Below the pieces are notes generated by a model, which saw nothing but the letters and a program-made list of their open reading frames with translations, made no database searches and was not told where the DNA came from. 64,000 bases of DNA, from the NCBI RefSeq assembly GCF_003918875.1, contig NW_025765443.1, positions 62,001 through 126,000 of the forward strand, given 5' to 3'. Numbering within the stretch: position 1 is the first letter of the stretch; every line of letters starts with the position of its first letter. A program made the position numbers and the translations under genes. Below are positions 48,601 through 61,118 of the stretch, piece after piece. The DNA is from Haliotis rubra (taxonomy: Eukaryota).

Positions 48601-51600
48601 AGAATTAAATATAATACATACAAATCCTTATTTGCAGATGGGTCCAAGGATGGTGGCGCAGTAGCATGTGCCACTGTCATTGGATCCCGAACAATATCTT
48701 CTAGAATACCGGATAACAGCTCTATATTTACAGCAGAAGCAAACGCCATCTTAACAGCTCTTAAATATATTAATAAACACCGTAAATTTAAACAATATAT
48801 CATCTTTTCAGATTCTCTTTCGTGTCTTCAGGTTATTAAAAATCTTTCTTGCAAACATCCACTTTTATTAGAAATTATTGAATTGTACAATGAACTTGCT
48901 ACTGGCCAATGCGACTTGTTGGTTGCCCAGCCACGTTGGCATTTCTGGGAACACGATGGCTGATATTGCTGCTAAGGCAGCCCTCAACAAATCTGTGACA
49001 CCACATCGTATCCCATACTCTGATTATAAAGCCAGCATTAGAACATACATCCGCGATCTAATGCAAAAGAAGTGGGGCACCCAAGTAGGTATTAATAAAT
49101 TACATGCAATAAACCCTACATTGGTTACGCCTACTAGGGTTGTCAGTCCAGATTTGAAGAGGTCATTATGCGACGATGTCGCATTGGCCACACTAGATAT
49201 ACTCACCAATATTTACTGAAAGGCGAAGATCCTCCGTTTTGCATCCCTTGTGATGAAAGAATCACAGTCAAGCATGTCCTGCTTGACTGTGTTGAATATT
49301 CCATCACAAGGGATAAGTATTTTTAATTTCAAGACATTGAAGGATCTTTTTCATAATGTTAATTATCATTTAATAGTTGAATTTTTAAGAGAATTAGATT
49401 TGTGGACTGATCTGTAAATAGTTAAATATTATATTATTGGTAGTTTCTATTAGTAACTGAGATTGTTAGTGGATGTACCCTTAAAGGGGGTTGACGTAGC
49501 GTAAAATTATTGTCCTCCTGAGAGGGTACGTAAGTCCCAAAACCTTCAAAGTAAATTTAAACTTGCCAGGATTTTTAAACGTAGTATTCTTGTTCTATTA
49601 ATTTTGGCTAACATTTCTTCCAATCGCCAGCAGCTGAAGGGATGGTGTAAATCCAGCTAGGGCCCATGCAGGTAGCAAAAGTAATGTAAGTCCCCATGGT
49701 CCCTAGTATGGTCATCTACCTTCAGTTGTTGGCGATCTATTGCCTATTTTTATATTGTGCTGTCCCCTAAAGTTAAAAAGTTTTAGATTTAATTACTAGT
49801 TTTACATGTATATCTGTGATATTCTAGTTGTTTCACTGTCCTTCGTCGGCAGGTTTTTTATGATATCTGTATATATATTCTATTTAAATGTCAAATGTTC
49901 TCGTCACGATATGGCTGAAATATTGCCGATGTGACGTTAAATATTAACTCACTCACTCACTAGTACTGATATCTTAGTACGATATTGATAAATGGATATT
50001 TGTCAACAAACGTAATAATTTATAATTTGAGTCCATACCGACGGGGTGAACAGTAAATATCTGTGTGTTTGTGCAGCTTGTCTAGGTGGTTCTTATAGAA
50101 CTAACTGTGCCTCCAAGTGTGGAAGCTGCCTTAATGGTATCATATGTAGTAAGACAAACGGAATATGTCCTGGAAGATGTGCCTCAGGGTGAATGAGGGA
50201 CAACACTATGTTATGTCTGCAGCGTGAGTTCTTGGAAAAGTTGCATTTGGAAAGTTGCATTTGAAGTCAAATAGATATTGACTGAAAGGTATTAGCTGTG
50301 GTAGAACAAACGGTCCTGGGGAATGTCCATCAGAATGGCAGAGAGCCTACGAAGTAAGTCTGTATGATTAAAAGAAGGTTAAGCTTGTAGTTTACTACTA
50401 CATATTGTTTTTGTGTTTGCAGGATGTCCAGATGGTTCCTATGGTAGCAACTGCTCCTTTCAGTGTGGAAACTGTCTCAGTGGTGTCAGCTGTGACAAGA
50501 CAAACGGTACCTGTCCTGGAGGATGTGCAGCAGGATGGCAGAGTGATACAACATGTCTACAAGGTGGGTCTGTACGATTTGAAGAGATTGCTAACCCTGC
50601 AGAATACTGTTACTGGATGACTTCATTATGTGTATGTGTGTGTTTGCAGCATGTCCAGATGGTTCTTATGGTATCAACTGCTCCTCCCGGTGTGGAAACT
50701 GTCTGGATGGTGTCAGCTGTGACAAGGCCTTGGGAACATGCCCTGGAGGATGTGCAGCAGGATGGATGAATGACGGCACGTGTCTACAACGTGAGTAACA
50801 ATGGCGTATATTGCACTTAAGGGATATATATATAACAATTAGGTTAATGAACTGAAATTCAAATCTATAGCATATGTACACTCATGTGCCAAAATTGTTT
50901 CAATTTTCAAGATGGCAGATATTTCGGTCTCGTCCGGTTATGGATAATAAAGAATGTGTTGCTTACCTTATCGGTGTCCTGTTGCTTTTTCACATAGTTT
51001 TTCAACATACCAAACATTTTTTATTGGGTTAAAATCTGGACTCTGTGCTGGCCATGGTAGCTGAGGAATGTCATTCCTGCGTTTCCATGTTTCCGTCTCA
51101 AGGGACCGATGCATCGGTGCATTATCATCTTGAAACAGCCATGGTTTGTCAAGGAAATGCTTTACTACAACAGGCCACAAAAAGTTGTCAAGTGTATCAA
51201 TATACTTAGCACTGTTCATGTTCCCATCGACAAACACCAAACACCCCACACCGTAATACGTAATGCACCCCCACATCATCAACTTCATAGACAGCCCTAT
51301 TCCCTGAGTGAAATACCCGAGACACTCGACCCTCCATCTTTCTGATCACTTTCGCCACACTTTCACTCTTCTATCAGGTTTAGCAACAATAGTCATTTCA
51401 TCGGTAAAGATGACCCTTTTCCAGTCCCTATCAACATTCCAACGAATTTTTTCTCTACACCATGCCACAAGTTTTTTCCTGTTGACCTTTCGTATTCCCA
51501 GCTTTTTGCAAACAGTCCGTCGAACAAATCCCAGTGAATGTAAATTTCGTTGAACATGTTCTTTTTGGAAAAGGTTGTTGCACAGACTGATTAAAAATGT

Positions 51601-54600
51601 GAGTAATATCCTCCAAAGATTTCCGGCGATTAACTTTAACGATCCTCGAAAGTTGATAACTCCCCCGTGCTGTGATTTTTGCAGGTCTACCAGAATGACG
51701 TCTGCTTTCAATATTTTCACGTTTTCGATATCTTTTCAAAAATTTGCAAATAGTAGAAGGATGGATGCCCAATACTCTGAAACATCGGCTGACCTATATC
51801 CACCATTTATCATATTGATAATGGCCTGTTTTGTGTCATTACTCATCTCTTTTCCGTGTCCGGACATCAAATCCGTAACATATGCAGCTACTTTTTTCTT
51901 GTCAATTTAACCTACCATGAACCTTACAAGGAAAACCGTCGTGCATCATTGCCTATTGCATAAAGTGAGCTCATGACCTCACCATGTGTCCAGATAGGCT
52001 TTATCTTCAGCATTAGCATGTGCACTTGTAAATAACAGGGAAGGACAGAGTGTGACGAGGTGAAATACGAGGGGCGTCCTAAAAGTAGTCGGCCTAACTA
52101 TATTCTCAATGTCCAATGTTAGAAAAGCTTCCATTTCTGTTGGAAGAATCATTAGCAAATTTCACATATGTGGGTACAGTGGTTAACGAGATACTAGTCA
52201 TCACAATACATTAGGGTATAATATTTCTTTAAACATTTCAGAAAGTGAAAAATGATCTGTTAATTTGTACCTCTTGGAAAACGGTATGCCCTCAGATAAT
52301 ATGATATATAATATGTTCAGTATAGTATTTGATGACTGCCCGTCATAATCAGAATTCAAAGATTTGGATTGCTTGAATTATATTTAGACGGGGCTGTTTT
52401 TAAAGGACACCTCAAGTTTACTCTTTCAAAAGCATTGTGTCCAGATATTTAGGGTGGCACCGTTTACAATATATTGAGTGCTGACACTTGTGTGACCATT
52501 CAGAATTTAGTTTGAACTCTTTGAATCATGTATGAATAAGTGAAAACATTAAAATAAATTATGTCCGTATAATTACGTCATCTGAAAGGGGTTGGGTAGT
52601 GAATATCATGGGGGGAGTCACTTTAACAAGCGATTGTAGTTTCTAATTGCATTATTATGCACTTTAATATCTACGTTTGATTCTAGAGGACTTCTGCCTA
52701 TCTAATGTTTCATGCATACTTTGTTTCCTGAAGTTTATGATGCATGTATTGCAGATTTTGCGTTTTGGGGGATATAAAGATAAAGAGTCAAACAGAATGG
52801 GGATTGTGAGGCTGGAACATGTCAAATGCAATTTGCTTGAGGTAGACAGATAATATGTAGAAAAATAAAACTAGTGTCTGATTGTGGTCAATCCAGCCTG
52901 GCATGAAGCTTAGTCAATGGCACTCATGTAAAGAGCTGCCAGCAGCCATATCAAGAGACAGGCTATACAAACAAGGCCATAAACATTCCCGAAACAGGGG
53001 TAATATGAAAACTTGAACGTTATTATTATATAGTGTCGTAACGTTCTTTGTTTGATTCAAAGAATCATGTGCTGGACACCTAATGTACAGATACCTTATA
53101 TCAAAAACGACACTCGTAATTGTTTTGATCGGCATTCTAGAAGTTGGTGAGTAAATATGAAACATACAACTTTATGGATGACAAAGTGAGTTGTATGTTT
53201 CATAATACGATACTCGTACTTTGAACGATTTCATACTTTTTCTTACAGAGTGTGCCGTGGGAATGCATGGGATTAACTGTACAACAGATTGTGGGTGTAA
53301 GGAATGTAAGGCTTGTGACGCATACAGTGGTGAGACGATGCAACATATAACCTTACACAATGAAATGACTCGACCTACCAAACTGTAGCTTTATTTTATT
53401 GCATTAGTTTGGAATGATGGTTATTTTAAACTACTTCTCTATGTTTTAGATTTACGTTATAAATGCAACCTGCAAGGGTCACTATGTCTGATTTGATGAA
53501 ATGAAAACGGAAATGTCACGCACAATGCTACTTCAGATTGATACCTTATGCATACAGCTTTATAACAAGATTTCAAAGTCGGTTGTCTTTTCAAATATTT
53601 TTCTATTTTGTAACCTATGATTTGTTGTCCAAATTTTGTTAACCAAATTTAACTTTGAAAGGGTAATTTAAGATAAGGTTTAAGAATATGTACATGTTTA
53701 TGCATGAAATAATAAAGTCATTTTGATAACTATATGTTATGTATGTTCATATGGTTACAACGAAGATGAATTTCTCCACTAACTTGGGGGAAACATCTGC
53801 AAACCTTACGCAGATTAATTGCACGAGGATCGTGCATCAAATTGCTGAAAAGCATGTGCCACTATCGTGCATGTGAACAGCTGCGTTTTGGTGTAAAGTT
53901 TGATAAAAAATCGCCATTTCTCACCGAGTCTCATCATTTATTGAACACATGACAATAAAGTTTTCAACGTCACGAATTTGTTTTACAATACATCAGCTCA
54001 TGTATAAACAGTACCTTTGAAGTGTATGGGTTATTTTGCAAAATTTAGTTCAGAACAGTTGACTGAAGTAAGTGGCTACATTTACACTAGTTAGTCTAAA
54101 CGTTTGATGGGGAGTATATTAAATGACTTTGAGCTTCCACAATTTACAAAAGCTTTCAAAGTGATATAAACATTGTTGTAGATAGTCAGGCGTTTCAGCA
54201 AATAGAACAATATCATCTGCATACAACAGAACTAGCAACTTTATATATACATTCAAATCATTCTCAACCAACATATTTACAGTAGCAAGCCCATCTACGT
54301 TCGTTTGAAAGTAGCTCTACATCGTTTAAATAAATAGCAAAAAGAAATGGTGACAAGTTCTCGCCTTGTCTTACTCCTATCTTACATGGGGAAAAATATG
54401 TTAATTTACCATTATGTGGAATACGTGACTTTATTTGTTGATACTTATTAAAGATAAATTTGAAACATTTTCCGCGTATATTACTTTGTATCATTTTGAG
54501 GCAAACGCCATGTCCCCTTCTGTATCAAAAACATTACAAAATCAATAAAAGCGCAATAAAGGTTTTTATTGTAATTTTGATAATATCAAATAGAGCTTTG

Positions 54601-56561
54601 AGAGTATAGACATGGTCAATTGTTGAGTAATTTTGGCGAAAGCCAGCTTGAGCTTCACACATAATCTAAATAGATTTATAAATTACATTCACAGTTCTCT
54701 ATTTATCTGACCACATTTGTGTGTTTTTTCTGACCCCTACAGAGAAGTGTTCCGGCTGGGGAATCCCAGTGACAGCTGTTCTTGGTGTGTTGCTGATCTG
54801 CACAGTGACTGGTGGAACCATATACATCAGACGGTAGTATATTTTGCCTCTTTCGTACAAATACCCACATGTTTCCGAACAGCATTGTATATTGAAATAG
54901 TATCTTGCGGCTATGTAATCACCTGATAGGAATGATAGGCAATGGTTCGTTAAACTATACTTAACTGTGACACAAACGTTTCTTAAGAGAATGCTAACAG
55001 TCATTTTAAACATTGTGCTGAAAAATATGTTTAAGTGATAGCCTCTTCTTGAGCAAGCAAACACTTATGTTTTATCCTCTTTACATGCCGATCCAATTAG
55101 CTATGCAGTGTCAAATATAAAGTTATTTTGTGTTGCCCATTCTTGTTGGATTGGTTCTTTGTGCATTAAATCGTAATTTCTGCTCTGATTGGCGAACTCA
55201 GAACTTGGTCCAAGTAGGCTTCAAGTATACTGATGATCTGTTTTGTTCAATACCCACACAAGCGACAAATATAACTTCTTCTCCAGCGTGTCCAAATGAA
55301 ATACTTTAGAGTACAATTTTACCAACAAGATCTGATTCTTTCTCCGAAGTTGTTGGATTCAGGTTGCAGCATTCGGGGCCTTAGTACAGTCTTCGAAATG
55401 TTTCATGGTAAACATTTAGATGCCCTTTCCAAATTTGACGCTTAGACGAAAATGATGCCCCATGCACGCAGTTCCTTATTTTGTACCACATGTTCCACGT
55501 TTGTAAGTGAACACTTGTCTCTGCAGGTGTTTGCTGCAGGTGCACTGGTGTGGAATGATAGGCTCACCTTTTCACCTGTTACTAGCTGGTATAATATACA
55601 TTCGATAGTAATTCAGAAACACAGGCTGTTGATATTGTCGGAACCGCACAATCAACTCGAGTCGACTGTCCAGATTTCGTATGAATATAGAAAGGCTTTC
55701 GCCGCTTGTGAAACAATATTTCAGAGGTTTGCAAACATTCCAAAATATCTGGTGCACACAGCAAAAACGACTCGACCCCGTCCTAATTCATTTGGCTGAG
55801 AACACCCTTTGACAATATGCTGTTTTGGTTTCAAAATAATAGAGTTCATCTGCATGGACTCTCAGTTTGCAATGTGTAAATAATTTGTTTATGTAGTGAA
55901 GTGATTATGGGTACAACTTCATCGCCATACTGAATGAACTTTGACTTTAGATATTCGTGATGTCAGAAAATCATTCTTCCTCCGGGAAAACCTAACTCTT
56001 GCAAGAAATAGGGCTCCAAACTTTGCATTCATAAGGTATTTCCTATTCTAAATGGTTGTGCACTAGTTCTTGCAGAACATTTCAGAATTCTTTGAGCTTC
56101 AGCTTCTAGATTTAAGGACGGGATCCATTATTAGCAGGTGTCGGGCGAACATTCACAAATAAAAAACGTTTGAAATCATAAAGTATACAATACCTACATT
56201 TCTTAACCTATTAAGATCCTTTTTGAGCCGTTGACCTACACAATACTTTCATGTACTATTAGCCTCAGTGTCTAAGTTTTGTTTTAACTGTGACACAATA
56301 TAAAAGTTTCCACAGCTTAAATCAAGGGCCTTTTTGTTTGTTTCACGTTAGGGTTCTGTTTTCTGAATTTTACCAAATAGCAATAACTATTTTCCCGTCA
56401 AATTACTGAAACACCTGGAGAGCTTGAAGACAAAAAAGAGAGCGGAACACTATGTGACACTTGATGAGAGGACAAAGACAACAGAAAGTACCTACGAACA
56501 TATCGACAATGCAACGCCTTACTACAATACAGTCAATCATCTTCAGGATGAAACTTTATGA
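39664..56561 (+). CDS. Unit D: F-type lectin/multi-EGF/TM/ITAM-like receptor (start codon uncertain). Exons 39664-39727, 40372-40485, 40634-40861, 42805-42990, 43284-43421, [50077-50223 with TGA], 50423-50563, 50650-50790, 53249-53329, 54743-54833, 56381-56561
   Basis: Paralogous exons with AG/GT borders and matching phases; TM WGIPVTAVLGVLLICTVTGGTIYIRR; tail EHYVTL-x10-YEHI..PYYNTV. Functionality depends on skipping 50077-50223 and on an upstream ATG. Confidence 0.75.
40060..40160. repeat. Minisatellite, ~30-bp unit x3
   Basis: ggca(g/c)agggacgttat(t)aagataat(t)gc repeated. Confidence 0.8.
42185..42431 (+). mobile_element. SINE-like family S1
   Basis: S1 body and actcactcac tail. Confidence 0.8.
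43702..43760 (+). ncRNA. HDV-like self-cleaving ribozyme at the LINE 5' end (predicted)
   Basis: GGCACCT A TGAAGGGCC ACC TCCTCGT GGT GGGTGCT GG GTCAT GCTAA GCGCCCTTCA; differences from 22607 preserve pairing. Confidence 0.8.
46728..46889 (-). mobile_element. tRNA-derived SINE (family S2) nested in LINE ORF2
   Basis: 12-bp TSD acatagcaaata; head ggggcggtggggtagcctcgtggttaaagcg...ggttcgattccc. Confidence 0.9.
50877..52060 (-). mobile_element. Decayed Tc1-family element
   Basis: Frameshifted fragments SGRP, IFTDE, FQDDNAPMH, WPAQSPDFNPIKNVW; right boundary uncertain. Confidence 0.85.
53900..54660 (-). mobile_element. Decayed LINE reverse-transcriptase fragment (different clade; CR1/RTEX-like)
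   Basis: QAGFRQNYSTIDH, GVRQGENLSPFLFAIYLND and LLYADDIVL on the minus strand. Confidence 0.75.
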
Positions 56562-57496
56562 AAGGACAAAGGTTCCAGCAACAGAAAGTACACACGGACA
56601 TGTTAACAATGCTATACCATACTTCAATGTAGTCGATCATCTTCAGGGTGAAACATGGTGATTTTAGCATTAACGATAAAGGGCACAATGCATCACTGAA
56701 GAAATACATGTATATATTGTATATATATTACCAACATAGTACTTCGTAAATAAGTATCACAAAGTGTGACACATTATTGTGGACGTTTAGTACACGACAA
56801 AAAGTATGCTTATGCTATATAGATAAGAATCATAATGTATATCACATTACAAATACTTGTCATATATAAGTTCTCAGTCAACTAGTATCTAATTAATGTA
56901 GCTTTATCATCATTCACTGAGTGACACTGTTTCTCATGCTTAGTTCACCCAACCTCAATCAACGCATCGTGTCATTTTGTGACGGTCACTCAGACCTGAT
57001 AACACAGTTCTTTATGCACATGTCGCTATACATTGTTGACATATACAGTGAAGATGTTAGTTAAATGAACTCACATGGACATTTTTTGTTGTATCTAATC
57101 TGAATATGATTAGCCAGCACATCACACAAAGTGAAGAATGGTGGAACGTTTATCACAGATAATTGGTATATAGTGTGTACATGCCAGGTATGTCAGCTGT
57201 ACATGTTTCATTTAAATATATCTATTTCGCGTTTAAAAAATCATGTCTTATACGAAATATTTAGAAATTGAAACGTAGTACGAATTCTTGATTATAGCTA
57301 TACCCTGAACCTCGATATTTAACGTGTTTGAAACTAAGTAAACTTGAAACTTAAACAAACTAAATTTGGCACTATCCTATGGTTATTAATTCTGGCGTTC
57401 AATCGTTTGTAACAGTTTCCCTGCAGTGAATGATGTTGGTGGCGACAATTGGCGGCCCCTTCGAAGCATGAGACTCTATCATAAGGATATACAATA

Positions 57497-57749
57497 GTGA
57501 GTGAGTTAAAATGTCGGCAATATGTCAGCCCTATCGTGACGAGAGAACCTAATACAGCAATAAAAAGTATGAAAAATATTTAAAGGTTATAAAATCCTGT
57601 CGGAAAGTACAACAACTAGTATATCACATGTTTTTAAAAAACTAGTTAGGGAGCATATAAAATAGTACTGTTAAGTGACAACACAATATAAAAATGGGCA
57701 ATAGATCGCTAACAACTGAAGTTAAACCACCATACTAGGGACCATGGGG
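57497..57749 (-). mobile_element. 5'-truncated LINE 3' end
   Basis: Reverse complement of the LINE 3' UTR; TSD aaggatatacaata. Confidence 0.85.
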
Positions 57750-57929
57750 AAGGATATACAATAAAGATTTAGTCCAAACTGACATGTTTTTGTTGTTAAT
57801 TCATACCTATATGACTTAAAGTGTGAAGCTAGAAGTTAACATTATTATTATGCACAGTTAAGAACTACGTAGACATCAAGTAAATGAACAAGTAATGACA
57901 AACTTGATCAAAACAATGTGAGATCACTT

Positions 57930-58098
57930 GGGGGCGGTGGGGTTGCCTTGTGGTTAAAGCGTTCGCTCGTCATGCCGAAGACCCGGGTTCGATTTCCCAC
58001 ATGGGTACAATGTGTGAAGACCATATATGGTGTCCCTCGCCGTGATATTGCTGGAATAATGCTGAAAGCGGCGTTAAAACGAACTCACATACTCGCTT
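57930..58098 (+). mobile_element. tRNA-derived SINE family S2
   Basis: Matches 46728-46889. More decayed copies lie at ~41233-41375 (-), ~41697-41785 (+) and ~62905-63057 (-). Confidence 0.85.
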
Positions 58099-59273
58099 AT
58101 CACTAGACAATTTAAAATCTAAATTGTATTTTCCATTCGGCTAAGCATAATTTCATACGCAAATATAACGATTTGTTCTAACCTTTCAAGAGATATATAA
58201 CTAGTTTAGGCATTATGATCAGGGTACACTGTACACAGGACGCGTATGCTTGTGCTTGTGCGTGTGCGTGCGTGTGTGCGTGTGTGTGTCTGTGTGTGTG
58301 CAGCATGTCTTCCCGTGGCCATCGTGCTGAAGCTTTCAATTCCATCTCATAATAGTTAAGCTCTAGTAACTAGAACGTGAAAATGTGACAGTGTCACCCT
58401 GTGTGCGTATGCGTAGCTACGTGTGTGACCGATCAGTATAACATAGACATTCCTCATATTCATTAAATACTCTCAGCTAAAATGTGGCTTTCTATTTAAA
58501 CTTATTCACATCGGGTAATACCTGTTTTACACGCATTTGTATGAAGGATTATAGAAAGTAGTCGACATCAGTGATAACAACTAAAACGTCAGGGTCACAT
58601 CATTTTCCTAAAAGCCTAGTTTAATCTTAGAGGAACGTGTGCTTTAGAAAGTTATGCATTGCTTTTTGTAACTGGATCACTTTCTCAGAGGCACACACTC
58701 GCGATATAGACGATGTTTATACCATGTTTTTGTACAATTTTTAAACAATTTTGTCGCTTATAAACACAGTTCTCTCACGTGCTCATTATGATTTCATGGG
58801 AGATAGAAACTATATTCATACTGTAAAAGAAACCGCATAGAAGTTAATTAAACATTTTAATAAATAAAAAATATATAACTGCTCGGTGAACAGAGGGAAC
58901 TGATGAACAAACTCACGTGTCACTTGTACTTCGTTACTGATCTAATAACTGCAAATTCTTTCGAAGTGACAACACTGGATGAATATAGTGATGAATGTTT
59001 CATTTTGTTTCATTCAATGTAAATAAAACTCGAAAAAGTCGAAGGGACTTACGTGTACGCTTCTAGTTAGTCAAGGTTCGACACATCCGTGAAATGATGA
59101 CTAAAGGAGGAACGCGCAGGGACACAACTGTTACTGAAACAACCGTTCAATCGATACAAGAGTGTTTGCATACGCCTTTCATTACCGACAATTTATGTTT
59201 GGTTTCATCAGCAAACCTTTGAAAATATGTTCCATGAAATTTGTGTTTTACTGGTTTAGTGGATTCAATGCAA

Positions 59274-59439
59274 CTGAGTGAGTGAGTGAGTTTGGTTTTC
59301 GCCGCTTTAAGCAATATTCCAGCAATATCACGGCGGGGGACACCAGGCATTGGCTTCACGCATTTTCGCCGGGGGGAATCGAACCCGAGTCTTCAGCGTG
59401 ACGAGCGAACGCATTAACCACTAAGCTACCCCACAGCCC
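59274..59439 (-). mobile_element. tRNA-derived SINE family S2
   Basis: (GAGT)n tail; TSD ggattcaat(g/a)caa. Confidence 0.85.
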
Positions 59440-60283
59440 GGATTCAATACAAAGTTTGTTTATCTACGGAATCATCTGTTTAGAGACATATACATGTATG
59501 TCAACCTTCCATATCAACATGTAAATGGTATATTCAGTGTCAATGGTCATATGTTTATATTGCTCTATCTAGTCAGATAACAATAGCACGGCAATGTGTT
59601 TTCCAGCATCAGAAAGAGCAGAAAGAGAGACATTGTGAGAACCAATATTTGTTCATCATACACCCGAGCCTTTAAGGCTTTACAATTTCAATTGCAGTGC
59701 ATGTTTAAGTGCACCGCCTTCAATGTATACAGGAAAACCTTTTGTATTGATCATGTGATCTGTCATGCGTGCCATCCTCTTCCTGGTTGCCGTACACTGA
59801 GATCGTGCTCGATGCGCGATGGCCGTGTGCATAGTGAGTACTTGAATATATTGTGTTTGACGACTTCTCAGTGTATATCCACGACAGACTAAATGTTTTA
59901 TATTAGATTCATATTGCTTGACGCTAATCATGTTTATATTCCCTCAACGGAGCACCGTGTGTACGTTTAAACTGCAGTGAACAGCTATCTCATTGCTCAG
60001 ACCGACATAGGACGTTTAACGGCTCTTCAGGTGTACAATGAAAGCTGAGTGTCGTCATAGGCGACACATAACGGTAATAGCTATGTCGTCATCATGCGTA
60101 TGACGTTAAGCAGTTAGTGACAATAGCGGGAGACGTAAAACGTAGTCATGGGTGACAGTAAGGTTACGTTTGTGACGTCATCGTGTTTTTGACGTCATAG
60201 TTAGAAACAATAGTGGTGGACGTGTATGCATTATGGTTTCAGTGCACAAATACATACTGAGTTACATTGAGAAAGTTACAAAA

Positions 60284-60900
60284 TTATACTTTTGTATTAA
60301 GCTTAGGTTTAAACAGCCTTATGAACATTTGTTCTTTTTCCATCCGTAATTGTTTATCATTGTTAAACAATTGATAAAACGGAAAGATAGTAAACTGGCC
60401 ATTCCCGCATTCATCAATGTGTTTGCTTACATTTATACATCGCACATTAGGATCTCGAATTTGTTGTCTGTGTACAGTGACTCGGTCCTTTAGTTGCATT
60501 CCAGTTTCTCCAATATAATACTCACCACATCCCGCACATGTTAAAACATATATAACATTTTTGCTGCGGCAGTTCATGTTGGTTTTGATAGTAAATAGTT
60601 TGTCTTCACAAAATGTAAATTTACAGTCTTCAGTTATGATTGAACAAGTTCCACATCGAGGTGTGTGACATTTTGTTACACTGACAGCGTTTGTATCTTG
60701 TGAATATTTAGATGGACAAAGGATTTGTTTTAGATTTTTAGGCTGCCTAGTGCTTCGTATAAATTTAGTCTTGGATAAACCTTTTTTCATAGTTTCACTT
60801 TTATACAAAATTGGAAGATTTGCTTTTATAATGGGCATAATTGTACAGTTATTAGGATTGTAGGTACAAACAAATGGAAGAATGTCCACCTCACCTCTGT
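60284..60900 (-). mobile_element. Penelope-like element 3' fragment (Zn-finger linker + GIY-YIG endonuclease)
   Basis: LPFVCTYNP..RQPKNLKQIL..CHTPRCGTC..NVIYVLTCAGCGEYYIGETG..R..H..LN. Confidence 0.85.
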
Positions 60901-61075
60901 TTCTTTGGTTTACTGTGTCTCTCTTTATGAACTGCATTTTCAACATACCCCACGTGGATATCCTTGTAGCTGAAGATACGTCTTCAATTCTTCTAATCTT
61001 GCACTTCTTGTGTCCACATCCGAAACAATAGTACATTCTGGTTTTATTTATCTATGTGATATATATATATATATT

Positions 61076-61118
<43 letters not shown>

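Larger units (their letters stand above)
43702..49960 (+). mobile_element. Full-length I-group (Nimb-like) LINE in an intron of unit D; ORF1 ~44293-45569, ORF2 45569-~49415 with frameshifts
   Basis: 14-bp TSD tagtactgatatct (43688-43701 / 49961-49974); three CCHC knuckles (CFKCQKYGH..); APE (WNCRGL, SDHFP), RT (FDLEKAYDT, FMDD), RNase H (FADGSK, SDSLS); (ACTC)n tail. Confidence 0.95.

Noticed and set aside
52066-52300. Mariner-like terminus tacgaggggcgtcc
   Set aside because: No matching second TIR or transposase was found.
55150-55860. Cys-containing short ORFs in the last intron of unit D
   Set aside because: Interrupted and not assignable; possibly a transposon remnant.
60005-60040. Possible minimal hammerhead (minus strand CTGAAGAG..) downstream of the Penelope ORF
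   Set aside because: The required GAAA reads TAAA and stem I cannot be formed convincingly.
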